A DNA stretch of 64,000 nucleotides from a virus. Each line of letters starts with the position of its first letter. Position 1 is the stretch's first letter. A program made the translations under genes and the position numbers. The notes under the pieces were generated by a model. The model did not search any database, was not told the DNA's origin, and saw nothing but the letters and a program-made list of their open reading frames with translations. The stretch is taken from positions 14,400 to 78,399 of IMG/VR virus record IMGVR_UViG_3300049736_000695, one strand, 5' to 3'. This document shows, piece after piece, positions 9,662-19,844 of this stretch.

Positions 9662-10842
9662 ACTGGTTCAGTGTATGATCTAAGACTGTAAGTATTTTGA
9701 ATTTGTGGAGTACCATTAGGAAACTCTTGTGTACGATAGTTGTCGCCTGATGCTGGCTGATTCGGCCCTGTTGTATAACCCGCTGCTGAGCTTCCATCTA
9801 ATCTTTCATTCTCAACTTCGCCTGATCCTGCATCAAGCGGTGAAGAGCTTCCGCCGGTACCTGAATTAACTCCATTAATATTGTTCTGAATATACCAATG
9901 AAGCTTACCCGCTCCCGCCGAGTTATATCCATTTGCTGCAATATGTTGTACATATGGTTCAAAGAACTGTTGCATGCCCGCAAGGCTCCATTCGTGTATG
10001 CCACCATTTGCGTCAGCGTATACCATGTTTGGCGGTGGCGGCGGTGAATATGCTGGATCTTTATCCATAGAATAAAGATCCCATTTATTTGCATTGGTAA
10101 CGGCTAGTGGCTGATCTAGAGTTTCCGGAATTCCACCAGAAGTATATGCGTTTTTATTAGCAATTGTATCTTCAAATACTCTTCCCATACTTGTAAGAGT
10201 ACCTCCTTCATCATGCGTAGCAGGCACAGTAAAGTCTTTACGAATGATTGCGTATCCGCCATTTCTACCGATTACAATATCCGGATGTGTAAGATTTGAT
10301 TTGTTTCCACCAATTTCAGCAAGAGCTTCTGCAACCAATTCAGCGAGTAGAAGCATTGGAAATTTTCTCATATTCTTTCTATTAGGCGAATATGAACCGA
10401 GAGTAAGCGGCGGTGAATCACACCCATAATTTAATATATTAGGCATAGGTACAGTCGTATCATAATTCACTTGAATTTTAGTCCAGTCAAATTCAAGTGA
10501 ATTAATATTAGGTGTTTGGCTTGCGCTTCGAAATGAACTTACGTGATTAGTAGCTGATCCGGCCTGATAACGAGTATCACGCATAATACCGAGGTTACCG
10601 CCAGATCCTACATATGACAATGTAACTGTTTGATTTCGAGTATAAAGATGCCGAATCCAATTATAAAACTGCAAAAGTTCAGTTGTATTCATTTCACGAA
10701 GACCGTGCGCACCACCCTTTGTTCTAGAACCATAAAAATCATAACCACTAATAACATTACCGGTGTCGTTATTATTCATATATAATGTAGGATATCTTCT
10801 ATCAACTACAAGAGGTCTTGGAGCGGGTATTAATAATGACAT
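9658..10842 (-). CDS. Putative virion structural protein
   Basis: 394 aa, G/S/N/T-rich, C-terminal YRTQEFPNG; in the late operon. Confidence 0.6.
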   Translation of the reverse strand: MSLLIPAPRPLVVDRRYPTLYMNNNDTGNVISGYDFYGSRTKGGAHGLREMNTTELLQFYNWIRHLYTRNQTVTLSYVGSGGNLGIMRDTRYQAGSATNHVSSFRSASQTPNINSLEFDWTKIQVNYDTTVPMPNILNYGCDSPPLTLGSYSPNRKNMRKFPMLLLAELVAEALAEIGGNKSNLTHPDIVIGRNGGYAIIRKDFTVPATHDEGGTLTSMGRVFEDTIANKNAYTSGGIPETLDQPLAVTNANKWDLYSMDKDPAYSPPPPPNMVYADANGGIHEWSLAGMQQFFEPYVQHIAANGYNSAGAGKLHWYIQNNINGVNSGTGGSSSPLDAGSGEVENERLDGSSAAGYTTGPNQPASGDNYRTQEFPNGTPQIQNTYSLRSYTEPV

Positions 10843-10854
10843 AAATTATAGTCC

Positions 10855-11514
10855 TTAAGGTACGTTAATATCACTATCAGTAGAAAGTAAATAACCGCCT
10901 AACAATATTTGACCGATAGAATCTTTTATAGTAAATGGAAATACATGAGAAAAATCTATACTATCGAACTGAAAGTTACTTTTTACTACTAAGTTATTTA
11001 CAGTAGCATGACTTATATACGCACTATCTTCTACATTTAATTTATTAAAGCTTGCGCTATCATAATCTATATATTCACCTGATAAGTATTTAATTCTTCC
11101 ACTATCAAATTGAATTGACTGACCAGATAAGAAAGCAATTTCTGCACTTTCAATATGTGCGTCTACAAAATCGAGTTGATGCCCTCTTAAGATATGAGTG
11201 AATGCTGAATCAACATCAGCACTATCTGCATACATGTAGTTTGCTCGCACTCTATTAATAACTGCACTATCAGCATAAATCGTAGAAACTTGCAGCGCTC
11301 CACCAGAATCAAATAGTGCAGCTGAAACACTATCTATTTCACGGTGTAGATGATTAAGAGCTGAAACAAAATTTGAATCATTCTTACCAAACCTAGAAGA
11401 TTCAAAATGAGAATCAAGTAAATCTAGATCACCGAAATTATCTGACAGCACATTATTCTTAGCAATCCAGGTGCCGATAGAATTTGAAGTCTGTATTTGT
11501 ATTCTACGTGTCAT
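10855..11514 (-). CDS. DS-rich fibre-like virion protein
   Basis: N-terminal fibre-attachment-like segment (TWIAKNN..FGDLDLL..NFVSALN); 13 DS dipeptides; late promoter upstream. Confidence 0.65.
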   Translation of the reverse strand: MTRRIQIQTSNSIGTWIAKNNVLSDNFGDLDLLDSHFESSRFGKNDSNFVSALNHLHREIDSVSAALFDSGGALQVSTIYADSAVINRVRANYMYADSADVDSAFTHILRGHQLDFVDAHIESAEIAFLSGQSIQFDSGRIKYLSGEYIDYDSASFNKLNVEDSAYISHATVNNLVVKSNFQFDSIDFSHVFPFTIKDSIGQILLGGYLLSTDSDINVP

Positions 11515-11530
11515 GTTCTATCTCTTGTTC

Positions 11531-11538
11531 TATTTATA
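11531..11538 (-). promoter_or_regulatory. T4-type late promoter TATAAATA
   Basis: Exact motif 16 nt upstream of ATG 11514. Confidence 0.75.
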
Positions 11539-12709
11539 ACCGGTTATCCGAATCATATTGACTTAGCATTAATGTCCCGAAATGTATAGTACTACCATCA
11601 GATTCATAAATTGTAAATGGAGAAGTATATTCAAAGCCACTATCAAGTCTTCCATGAAAATCAGCTCTATAAGATGAATCGAATCCTACTGGAATTGCAG
11701 GAGGAGTTGCTGAATCAAACGATGAGTCTACATCAAAAACAAATCTTTTAACATGTAGAGGAGAAGGGACATATAAGTTATCTCCATCTGATTCAACTAT
11801 CCAAGTATCAAATGTGGCAGATTCGCGTACTACTATTTTTTTAAAATTAGCGCTATCATAATCAAGAGTCCAATTTTGAGAACTATCAGTTGAGTCTGGC
11901 GCTAAGAGTGTAATTGTGCTTTTGCCAGAATCAAAACTTAATGGAGTATTAATATTTATTGTTGACGAATCAAATGTATATCCATTTGGAAAACCTGGTT
12001 TGCGCGGTCTTGGGAATGGGAAAAGATTACGTGGACCATGTACAACGCCAATATATGCGCTATCTCTAACTGTAAATCCAAAATTAAAGACCGGTACAAA
12101 ACTACCTATACTATCAGTGCTATCATTAAAGAATGTACGGAAGCTGCTATCGCTTACCATCCATCGACCGACGTCTAAATCAATACCAGAAAAATTTCGT
12201 ATATAACCGCTGTCAATCGTAATTCCGGTATTAAAAACCGGCCCACCTTCAAAAGACGGTGTATAAAAATTACTGTCTAGACTATCTCTTACAATAGTTG
12301 CTGATGTAGAACTCAGATCAGAGTCTACTGGAATGAATAGCCCTTGTATTGTAAATCTTTTAAATACTGCACTATCTGCAACAAGAACTCGCTCAAAGCG
12401 TAATGTTGAAAATTCTAAACTGCTATCTACACTATCATTACTATCTAAAATTTCTTGGCCAAACATGGCCACTCTACATTTTTCTAGTTCACTATGTAAC
12501 CATTCTGCAGCAGCTACAGCTGACTGATTTGCAAGTCCACCGTTTTCGGTGTACTCGTTATCTTCAAAACCGCCTAAGTAGCTTCTTGTGCCTTTATAAT
12601 TTCTTTTATTAAGGTCATCTAGATCACCAAGCCACTCATCCATTTGATTAATCTTATTAATCGTAGCAACGAGCGTATTGCTCATATTAAATATTACTTT
12701 ACGCGCCAT
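11534..12709 (-). CDS. DS-rich fibre-like virion protein (related to 10855..11514 at both termini)
   Basis: MARKVIF..SNT...KIN...LGDLDDL start, PFTI..S.G....G..LS..DSD end; 22 DS dipeptides. Confidence 0.65.
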   Translation of the reverse strand: MARKVIFNMSNTLVATINKINQMDEWLGDLDDLNKRNYKGTRSYLGGFEDNEYTENGGLANQSAVAAAEWLHSELEKCRVAMFGQEILDSNDSVDSSLEFSTLRFERVLVADSAVFKRFTIQGLFIPVDSDLSSTSATIVRDSLDSNFYTPSFEGGPVFNTGITIDSGYIRNFSGIDLDVGRWMVSDSSFRTFFNDSTDSIGSFVPVFNFGFTVRDSAYIGVVHGPRNLFPFPRPRKPGFPNGYTFDSSTININTPLSFDSGKSTITLLAPDSTDSSQNWTLDYDSANFKKIVVRESATFDTWIVESDGDNLYVPSPLHVKRFVFDVDSSFDSATPPAIPVGFDSSYRADFHGRLDSGFEYTSPFTIYESDGSTIHFGTLMLSQYDSDNRL

Positions 12710-12914
12710 TGAGTTTATCCACGATTAAATTAAGTATATTTTTTATATCATTAACATCTTTTTTAAGATCTTCAATTTCTTGCTTATCTTGTATTTTCTT
12801 AAGCTTCCTGGCACGCGCTTGTTCTGTTGCGTTTTTATCTACATTCATAATTGCGTGTGTATTTCTATCTCTTACTAGACCGGCCGCACCTTCAACTTTT
12901 ATATAATCAATCAT
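12699..12914 (-). CDS. Small conserved coiled-coil protein of T4-like phages
   Basis: YIKVEG..GLVRD..T.AI.N followed by a coiled coil. Confidence 0.65.
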   Translation of the reverse strand: MIDYIKVEGAAGLVRDRNTHAIMNVDKNATEQARARKLKKIQDKQEIEDLKKDVNDIKNILNLIVDKLNGA

Positions 12915-12916
12915 TA

Positions 12917-14494
12917 TTATACACTCAATGCAATAACTCTAAGATCCTTTATGATTGGTGATCTGCCTCTATTTACTGAGTTCAATACAATTTTTAATTG
13001 AAATGTTGTAAAATCAGGAAGCTCGCCACCTAAATTACCTACAAGATATTGATACTCTCTAAATACGAATCCTGCATTATCGATTGGGTTATTGCTCGTT
13101 GTAGGAGCCAATACCCAGTTAATAGTTTCAATATCAACACCTTCTTCACATGTTCTTGTATATAAATCAAAAGAAGTACCGCTAGGTCTATGAGCATCTA
13201 ATATAATTTTAAGACCAACTGCTGGTTCTACTACTGTAATTTTTCTAGTAATATGCTTTGATGCAGATGATCCTCCTGAAGGTTGTGTTTCAGAAATATA
13301 ATTTAGTGGAACATTAAAACCAACGGTTGCAGCAGAATCTTGATTATCAATAATTGCATCAATCAATGTCATTGAAGCCCTTTGCATATCTAGCATAGGT
13401 GCCACATAAGAATCACTAGTAGTGAAGACAACTTCTTGTTCTAGCGATTTTACACCAGCACCAAGATTGGCAACTTCCAATTCATTGTTAGCAACAACGT
13501 TAGCCTTGGTTGTATATACACTTCGTTGAACCTTAGACATTTTAAAATCTACATCTTTTTGATACGCTGTTTCAGTACCTGCAAAGGATTTGCTAGATGT
13601 TGCTTTAATAGCAGCAAATGTAGATGTTTTATCTGGTACTAATAGCTGAATATTATTATAGTAAGTTGACCAAGGGATATTTTTAGTTGCTAAAACATTA
13701 AATCCACCACCTATACCGGCACTATCAGCAGCAGAATCGGCAGTAATTTCATATCCAGTCCAATCTACAGCAGTAATGTTTTTTGATGCACCCATAATAC
13801 TGGTAGTACGCATACCACCAATAAGTGCAGCTGAATCCATACCTCTAATTGTTACATCATCATTTATGACGAATCCATGACCAACGTCAGCAATTCTTAC
13901 AGTTGAACTTCCAGCAAACGTTTGTATAGGATCAGCATTTAAAAGTTTCTGTGGAACTGATGTATTTTTAAGAGCAACTTTACCGAGATCTCCCGTGTTA
14001 AATGCTGCTCTATGAATTTCGAAAGTTAAATCTTGATCTTGTGCTGCAGTAAATGAGCCACCATTTGCAGAGTAGAAAATATTGCCGACCGCAGGATTCT
14101 TTGCCACTCTTCCAGCAGTTGTTCCAGTTAGAAATTCATCAATTTGGGCAATCCAAATTTGACAATCCGGAGAGTTTGACATTACAACAAATGCGTAATC
14201 ATTTAAACCCTGTAAAAATACTGGCTCTTCAAATACAAAAGATGTTACGGCAGTTGCATCATCGGAAAGATTAATATTTGATCCATTCACATATACAACA
14301 CCTTGAGGAATTATCTCAGAATTAGATGGAATTCCATTTATCATAGGCCTTAATTGTAAACAAACGGGACTAGATGTATTTCTAGATTTAAAGTAAAGAT
14401 CGATTTTTGTAACATAAATCCCGCACGCTTCCTCAACATTAAAGGATTGTGCTATAGGGTTTCTATTAATTCGATAGCCTAGGGAAGTTGCCAT
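12917..14494 (-). CDS. Virion structural protein, C-terminal half of a DUF4815-type baseplate/tail protein
   Basis: NPIAQSF...IYVTKIDLYF, DLTFEIHRAAF, terminal FQLKIVL...PIIKDLRVIAL. Confidence 0.75.
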   Translation of the reverse strand: MATSLGYRINRNPIAQSFNVEEACGIYVTKIDLYFKSRNTSSPVCLQLRPMINGIPSNSEIIPQGVVYVNGSNINLSDDATAVTSFVFEEPVFLQGLNDYAFVVMSNSPDCQIWIAQIDEFLTGTTAGRVAKNPAVGNIFYSANGGSFTAAQDQDLTFEIHRAAFNTGDLGKVALKNTSVPQKLLNADPIQTFAGSSTVRIADVGHGFVINDDVTIRGMDSAALIGGMRTTSIMGASKNITAVDWTGYEITADSAADSAGIGGGFNVLATKNIPWSTYYNNIQLLVPDKTSTFAAIKATSSKSFAGTETAYQKDVDFKMSKVQRSVYTTKANVVANNELEVANLGAGVKSLEQEVVFTTSDSYVAPMLDMQRASMTLIDAIIDNQDSAATVGFNVPLNYISETQPSGGSSASKHITRKITVVEPAVGLKIILDAHRPSGTSFDLYTRTCEEGVDIETINWVLAPTTSNNPIDNAGFVFREYQYLVGNLGGELPDFTTFQLKIVLNSVNRGRSPIIKDLRVIALSV

Positions 14495-17400
14495 TATCTT
14501 TGCTCCGCTGTATTGTCAATATATTTATTTTTCAAAATAGATACCATATCTTTATATGTGGTATAAGCATTTTCATAATTTTTTTCGTCTATATAAATGA
14601 CAGCCTTTTGAATTTGATCATCAATCCATTGCCATTCATTATCATCAGTTATCGCTTCTACGAGAATCGGTGCAATGACATAGTATTCTTGTACTTCTAC
14701 TTTTTTGTTTGCCATATATTCGTCTCTAAATTTACGCAATTTAGTCAAGGTTGGGCCATCATCAGCTTCGCCTCTTCTTTCCACAACAGCTGTAGTAATA
14801 AAGCAATTTGATGCGCCGGCGCTGCTACTAGTGCCAGTATCATGGAATCCATGATTATAACCATCTGTTGGTGCATTATGCGTCCAAGTATTGCCACCAT
14901 CATATGAAGTATAGCCTGGACCGGAGGTATCATTACCTCCGCCACCGCCGCCGCCACCGCCGGAATATTTCTTGGTTGTGGTTCGAATGTGTTCTACATT
15001 TAGAACTCTTGTCGATTTAATTGTTTGATCAATTGTATCTAGATAGCCACTAGAAGTATACAGTGCTCTCGCAATTGTACCCGAAGATTTTTCATCATCA
15101 GCACTAATATCTAATATTTTAAACTGTTGTGCTCCAGTTCTAAATCTTTGAGCAGAGCTATTTGGAATAAAGAACGAGCCTTCAACTGCACCATTGGCAT
15201 CAGTAAGAATTTCTGTTATACCTTCTGGGTGCGAAGTTGCATTATTATGTTTATTACCATAATCAGTTGGATCATCTGAGACTCTAGTGAATGTTTCTTC
15301 TCTCACCCAATTATCAACTCTTGTATTAGCAAAATATATCCAGACCTTAGAACTAGGTCTTAGGCCTTGCGCTTTAAAGTATACTTTCTTTGATCTCATG
15401 AATGGAATAAGAGCAATATCAATCACCTTTTCATCAATTACTTCTAATAATGTTTCTTCTGAAACAACCTTATTTACATTAGCAATAATCTTTGATGAGG
15501 TAGATTCATCTTTTTTATTTGTTGTTGCACCTACTTGTAAATCATTAATTGATGTGCCACCCCAGTTCCATTCCCAGTTGTTCCAAAGATATGCCTGTTT
15601 AGTATCAAGCTTTGAACCGCCATCAATGATCTTTTTGGCTCTAATATTAACTTCTCTCCATTCATCAGATGACGGAGATAATTCAATATCTCCATGATAA
15701 ACAACTGCTTCAAATGGATTAATTCTGATATGCTTAGTTGCCTGAGTTTGTTTTGCGTAAGAAACTTCAGAATGTCTAAGATAGATATTGTCACCCTTTT
15801 TCACAACATTAAGTGATGCATCTGAATCATAAACTAACTTAATATTATCTTCATTAAACTGTGGAGCTAAAAATCCTAGTTTAGGATCAATTGACGCTCT
15901 ATAGTCTTCTACATCTAAATCACTAAATAATTGAGTTGAAAAATTATCAACAAAGAATCCAGACTTTGTTCTGTCTAAACCATTAGAATCAAGAACTGCA
16001 AAGTTTTTTGTATCAATTTCAAGTAAATTTAAAGCAGTCAGTTCTTCAATCTTATCAACCCTTTGTTCAATCTTGCCAATATCCTTCATTGTATATCTAC
16101 GATGATCAATTTTAGACATAGACAAATCAGAATCATTTAATGTATTCGCATTAAGTTCTATATTATATAGTGGCATCTGGCCAACTGGTACATATGGTGG
16201 TTGCGGTTGAAATGCCGGCAATCCTAATCTTAATTGCACATCGCCTTCACCGTTAAGAGTGAGTATTCCACGTTGTGGTAAATAATAATCAACATCTGCC
16301 ACAACCGTGTCATTTACTTGAGGTAATTCGTGGATTCTAGCGCCATCACTAGTTGTAATAAAATCTTCATCTGAGTCTTTTACCGATCTAAAATCTATAA
16401 CATTTCTTAGACTTACTCTTTCGCCAGTAGTTTTTCTAAATGAAGGAATATCAGCATAATCTATTTGTCCAGTGTAAGAGTTAATAGCAAAGAAATCTCC
16501 ATTAGCACCGTGATTAAAATATTGGTATCTTACAAATACAGTATTTGGTGCTGACATGCCTGGCTTTAATTTTAATTTACCGTGAGCATAAAAATTATCT
16601 CTTTGTCCATTGTCTATTTCATATCTATTTTTTAGGTCGATGCCATCAGAATCATCTTCTCTTATTCTTAGAACTTTAAAAATATCCGGTTTTTCTAAAC
16701 CTACAGATCCATCAGCTGAAGCGGGGCCTTTAGTCAAAGTTGTTTCAGTTAGAGTTTTACTTCTAACGACACCAATAGATTTATTTACATATGCTAAAAT
16801 TTCAACAGTAGAGCTTGTAGGTAATCCTGTAAAGTTAGCAGCAACTTGACCGGCAGGAGATGAACTAAATGTCAAACCTGTTGTAATAATATTTGTACCA
16901 GCTTTTGCAACAACCCAATCATTCTCATTTGCAAATGTTTCACCAGTTGCAGTTAATGAAATAGTTGCAGTTCCAGTACCACTTGTTGTTACTTGAAATC
17001 TTCTTTGTGTTTGTAAAGCAATATCATCTAAAGCCTTTGGCCTAGTTTGTGGTAATGTAAATAGAAGATTGTTTTTTCTAACGTCTCTTAATTCTGTTTT
17101 ACCGCCAGGTCTGTATAGGTTAAAATAATCACTGACACCTGTACCAACACTCATTGCATCTCTAAAGTTTTTGGTTGCATTCATTTGAATATCGAAAAGA
17201 TAAAATCTATAAAGATTTCCAGCATCTTCAGACACAGATCTTACTCTACATGTACCTATTGAAATACCACCGTGAGCTGCTGCAGATCTAATATTTAATT
17301 TAGCAAATGTATTAATGTTTGGTAGACCTTTAGTGTTAGAGGCAGTGCCTGCATCAACTAAAACATAGTTACCAAATCCAACGGGTGTTACCTCATTTTC

Positions 17401-18465
17401 TATTTCAGCAGTAGAAAATGGCTTTGTAATTCTATCAGTATAAGGCACATAAAGCTTTGTTCTATATCCGCCAATAACTGCAATGCCCGGACTAAGATTA
17501 AGAATTAAATTATCTTTATCAGAATCTTCTTCAAATGTCAATTTAAAAGGTTTTACGAGATAATCGCCAGAATTTTCTTTAATTCTAGTTGCAATAAAAT
17601 CATTAACTACATTATAAGAATTATCAGCATCAATTACTTTTGAAATAACACCTTCAGTAATATTAGCAAGTGGGATAAAATTTTCATTAGATATAATTTT
17701 ATCTTGTGTTGTTAATGTAAGCGTAATTTTAAGTCGATCAGCTCCTGGAGATGAAACGTTCGGCACAGCGCCTTGATTATCATAAAGAGCAGTGTCATCG
17801 TCAACAGTGGCAATTGTCTCATCAATTTTATAACCAACTGTCTTGGTAACGGTATCACTAAATTTAGAAACAATATGACTTTGTTTTTCAGTAAATACAA
17901 AAAACCCTTTTGCAAAATAAACACCGGCATCAATTGAATATCTTACACCTCTGCCGACTGCAGGATTATCATCTGTATTTGTTTCTTGCACTCTAAGTGT
18001 TGTTGCACCATTTGTAATCGTTTCTCCTGGCGTAAATCTTACAGTTATAGCACCGGCAAGAGCGGTAGGAGCATTTGTATAAGCAATATAAATTGCTGCA
18101 GGGTCACCATCCTCGGCATCAATAACCTCAATAATTCTTGCTGTAACACCTGAAATGTTTCCGGTAAATACTGTACCGACAAGTGAACCGAAGCCATTAG
18201 GAAGCGCGTACTGTGTAGTAATAAGCTTTGCAAATTCATATGAGTTATTTAAGACTGATTCACCAGGTTTTACAACGCCTCCTTCTTTGAAGACATTATT
18301 ACCAAATTTGGTAATCTGCTGTTGCAGTATTGTTTGCATCTGTGTAAGTTCACGAGCTTGCAAAGGTCTGCCGCTATTAAACAAGATTCGATAGTAACCA
18401 TCGCTGTCGGCAAAATCATCTTTATATGTGTTACTTAGAACCCGTGAATTGAGTTTACTTGACAT
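14494..18465 (-). CDS. Large virion structural protein (DUF4815-type, N-terminal part) ending in a poly-Gly linker and CFI-box-like domain
   Basis: YKDDF...YYRILFNSGRPLQARELTQMQ, PGADRL, DNGQRDNFY, RYTMKDIGKIEQR, KSGFFVDNF, IPFMRS; C-terminal CFITTA...LRKFRD...YY. Confidence 0.85.
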   Translation of the reverse strand: MSSKLNSRVLSNTYKDDFADSDGYYRILFNSGRPLQARELTQMQTILQQQITKFGNNVFKEGGVVKPGESVLNNSYEFAKLITTQYALPNGFGSLVGTVFTGNISGVTARIIEVIDAEDGDPAAIYIAYTNAPTALAGAITVRFTPGETITNGATTLRVQETNTDDNPAVGRGVRYSIDAGVYFAKGFFVFTEKQSHIVSKFSDTVTKTVGYKIDETIATVDDDTALYDNQGAVPNVSSPGADRLKITLTLTTQDKIISNENFIPLANITEGVISKVIDADNSYNVVNDFIATRIKENSGDYLVKPFKLTFEEDSDKDNLILNLSPGIAVIGGYRTKLYVPYTDRITKPFSTAEIENEVTPVGFGNYVLVDAGTASNTKGLPNINTFAKLNIRSAAAHGGISIGTCRVRSVSEDAGNLYRFYLFDIQMNATKNFRDAMSVGTGVSDYFNLYRPGGKTELRDVRKNNLLFTLPQTRPKALDDIALQTQRRFQVTTSGTGTATISLTATGETFANENDWVVAKAGTNIITTGLTFSSSPAGQVAANFTGLPTSSTVEILAYVNKSIGVVRSKTLTETTLTKGPASADGSVGLEKPDIFKVLRIREDDSDGIDLKNRYEIDNGQRDNFYAHGKLKLKPGMSAPNTVFVRYQYFNHGANGDFFAINSYTGQIDYADIPSFRKTTGERVSLRNVIDFRSVKDSDEDFITTSDGARIHELPQVNDTVVADVDYYLPQRGILTLNGEGDVQLRLGLPAFQPQPPYVPVGQMPLYNIELNANTLNDSDLSMSKIDHRRYTMKDIGKIEQRVDKIEELTALNLLEIDTKNFAVLDSNGLDRTKSGFFVDNFSTQLFSDLDVEDYRASIDPKLGFLAPQFNEDNIKLVYDSDASLNVVKKGDNIYLRHSEVSYAKQTQATKHIRINPFEAVVYHGDIELSPSSDEWREVNIRAKKIIDGGSKLDTKQAYLWNNWEWNWGGTSINDLQVGATTNKKDESTSSKIIANVNKVVSEETLLEVIDEKVIDIALIPFMRSKKVYFKAQGLRPSSKVWIYFANTRVDNWVREETFTRVSDDPTDYGNKHNNATSHPEGITEILTDANGAVEGSFFIPNSSAQRFRTGAQQFKILDISADDEKSSGTIARALYTSSGYLDTIDQTIKSTRVLNVEHIRTTTKKYSGGGGGGGGGNDTSGPGYTSYDGGNTWTHNAPTDGYNHGFHDTGTSSSAGASNCFITTAVVERRGEADDGPTLTKLRKFRDEYMANKKVEVQEYYVIAPILVEAITDDNEWQWIDDQIQKAVIYIDEKNYENAYTTYKDMVSILKNKYIDNTAEQR

Positions 18466-18475
18466 ATTCTAATCC

Positions 18476-19831
18476 TTAAAATTGAATAATAACTTTAACG
18501 TCTTCATTTTGTGCAATGCTTCTATCAACCGGAGATCTGTTATCAATAAACAATACTTCACCAGTTGAAGGTAATACTTCTGGTAATATAGCTGCTGAAT
18601 CTACTGTTCCTTCACCGGCTCCATTTGTTTCTTCAATTAATTCTCCTGGTTGAAAAGCTACAAAACCAGTGGCATTCGTTTGGTGATAATATAGAATATC
18701 TGAATCTACTTCATCTATATATGCTTCTGCTAAAGTAGTTGCACCACGAATAATTTTATCTGCAGTAAATTGTGTAATAATCGCGCCAAGTTTCATAGAC
18801 TTAAGCGCATTACCCGTTGTTTCTGTAAAGATTGAACCTGAATTACTTTGTATATCTCTTATTAAACCGACTTGTCTAAAATCTTGATTTACAATAAAGT
18901 CACTATCAGTTCCCTTTAGTTCTGCATGGAACATGACCGATGCTGATTTAAGATCTTCGCGTGGATCACGGCCAATACCAGAATCAGGTCCGAGTACTGC
19001 TCGTGCTGTAGCATTAAGTGTTGCACCTCCACCAGTAATTGAAATCGTGGGATTCGTATAACCCGAGCCATGCCCTGCAACATCACCGTTTGTACTATCA
19101 TCCATACGAATACGAACAACTTGTCCCGTTGCTGAATCAATAGTAATATTAAAACTAGCATTGTTTCCATTAGGATCTGTAATTGTTGCAGTTGGAACAC
19201 TCGTATAACCTGCTCCACCGTCTGTTACAATAATACTTAATATTTCACCGGGTGTTGCCGCATTTTGTACGGCGGCTTGTTTAAGCTGAATACCAGTTGA
19301 ATTAGAATCAGTTGTGTCTTGTAAAAGTGTAGGCATAAAATTTGCTGATAAGAAATTATTTGCTCTTTCAGCACTAATTGTAAATAGGAATTTCCATACG
19401 TAACCATCAGCTTCTCTACGAGAATCAAGATTAGCATGAGTAGGTTGCTCAATAGAAGGACTTGCTGCGCCAGTAGCATCACGTCCAGTTTCTAAACAGA
19501 CATAGACTTGACGTGATTCATTCATTATATAATACGGCAGTGTAGGATATCCTCCTTGCTGATCATCATACTGTGAGTAAATTCTACCAGATGACCATGT
19601 ATTACGTGGAACAACGAGTGATGTAGCTTCAACTTTCTTTACAGACTGTAAGCTATTTCTAAATGCCTCAGTAGTAGTTGGAGTGTTAGTAGGTGTTGGG
19701 ACCGTATCTGAAGAATCCCACTGCTCTGATCGTCCTATACCAATATAATACTTTCTTGTATCATTAGTAAATTGATCAAAGAAGTCCTGTGCAATTTGTC
19801 TTCTTAGTGCGTCTGTTACAATCGCTGGCAT
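18476..19831 (-). CDS. Baseplate wedge subunit, T4 gp8-like
   Basis: YYIGIGRS..W, VVPRNTWSSG, VYVCL, DGYVWKFLFTI, DFRQVGLI, GEVLFIDNR..NEDVKVIIQF. Confidence 0.9.
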   Translation of the reverse strand: MPAIVTDALRRQIAQDFFDQFTNDTRKYYIGIGRSEQWDSSDTVPTPTNTPTTTEAFRNSLQSVKKVEATSLVVPRNTWSSGRIYSQYDDQQGGYPTLPYYIMNESRQVYVCLETGRDATGAASPSIEQPTHANLDSRREADGYVWKFLFTISAERANNFLSANFMPTLLQDTTDSNSTGIQLKQAAVQNAATPGEILSIIVTDGGAGYTSVPTATITDPNGNNASFNITIDSATGQVVRIRMDDSTNGDVAGHGSGYTNPTISITGGGATLNATARAVLGPDSGIGRDPREDLKSASVMFHAELKGTDSDFIVNQDFRQVGLIRDIQSNSGSIFTETTGNALKSMKLGAIITQFTADKIIRGATTLAEAYIDEVDSDILYYHQTNATGFVAFQPGELIEETNGAGEGTVDSAAILPEVLPSTGEVLFIDNRSPVDRSIAQNEDVKVIIQF

Positions 19832-19844
19832 TTTCTATATCCTA

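Noticed and set aside
10855-12709. DS motif as phosphopantetheine attachment site or DNA-level tandem repeat
   Set aside because: Carrier-protein sites are DSL in helical folds, whereas here the +2 residue is rarely Leu; codons and spacing vary
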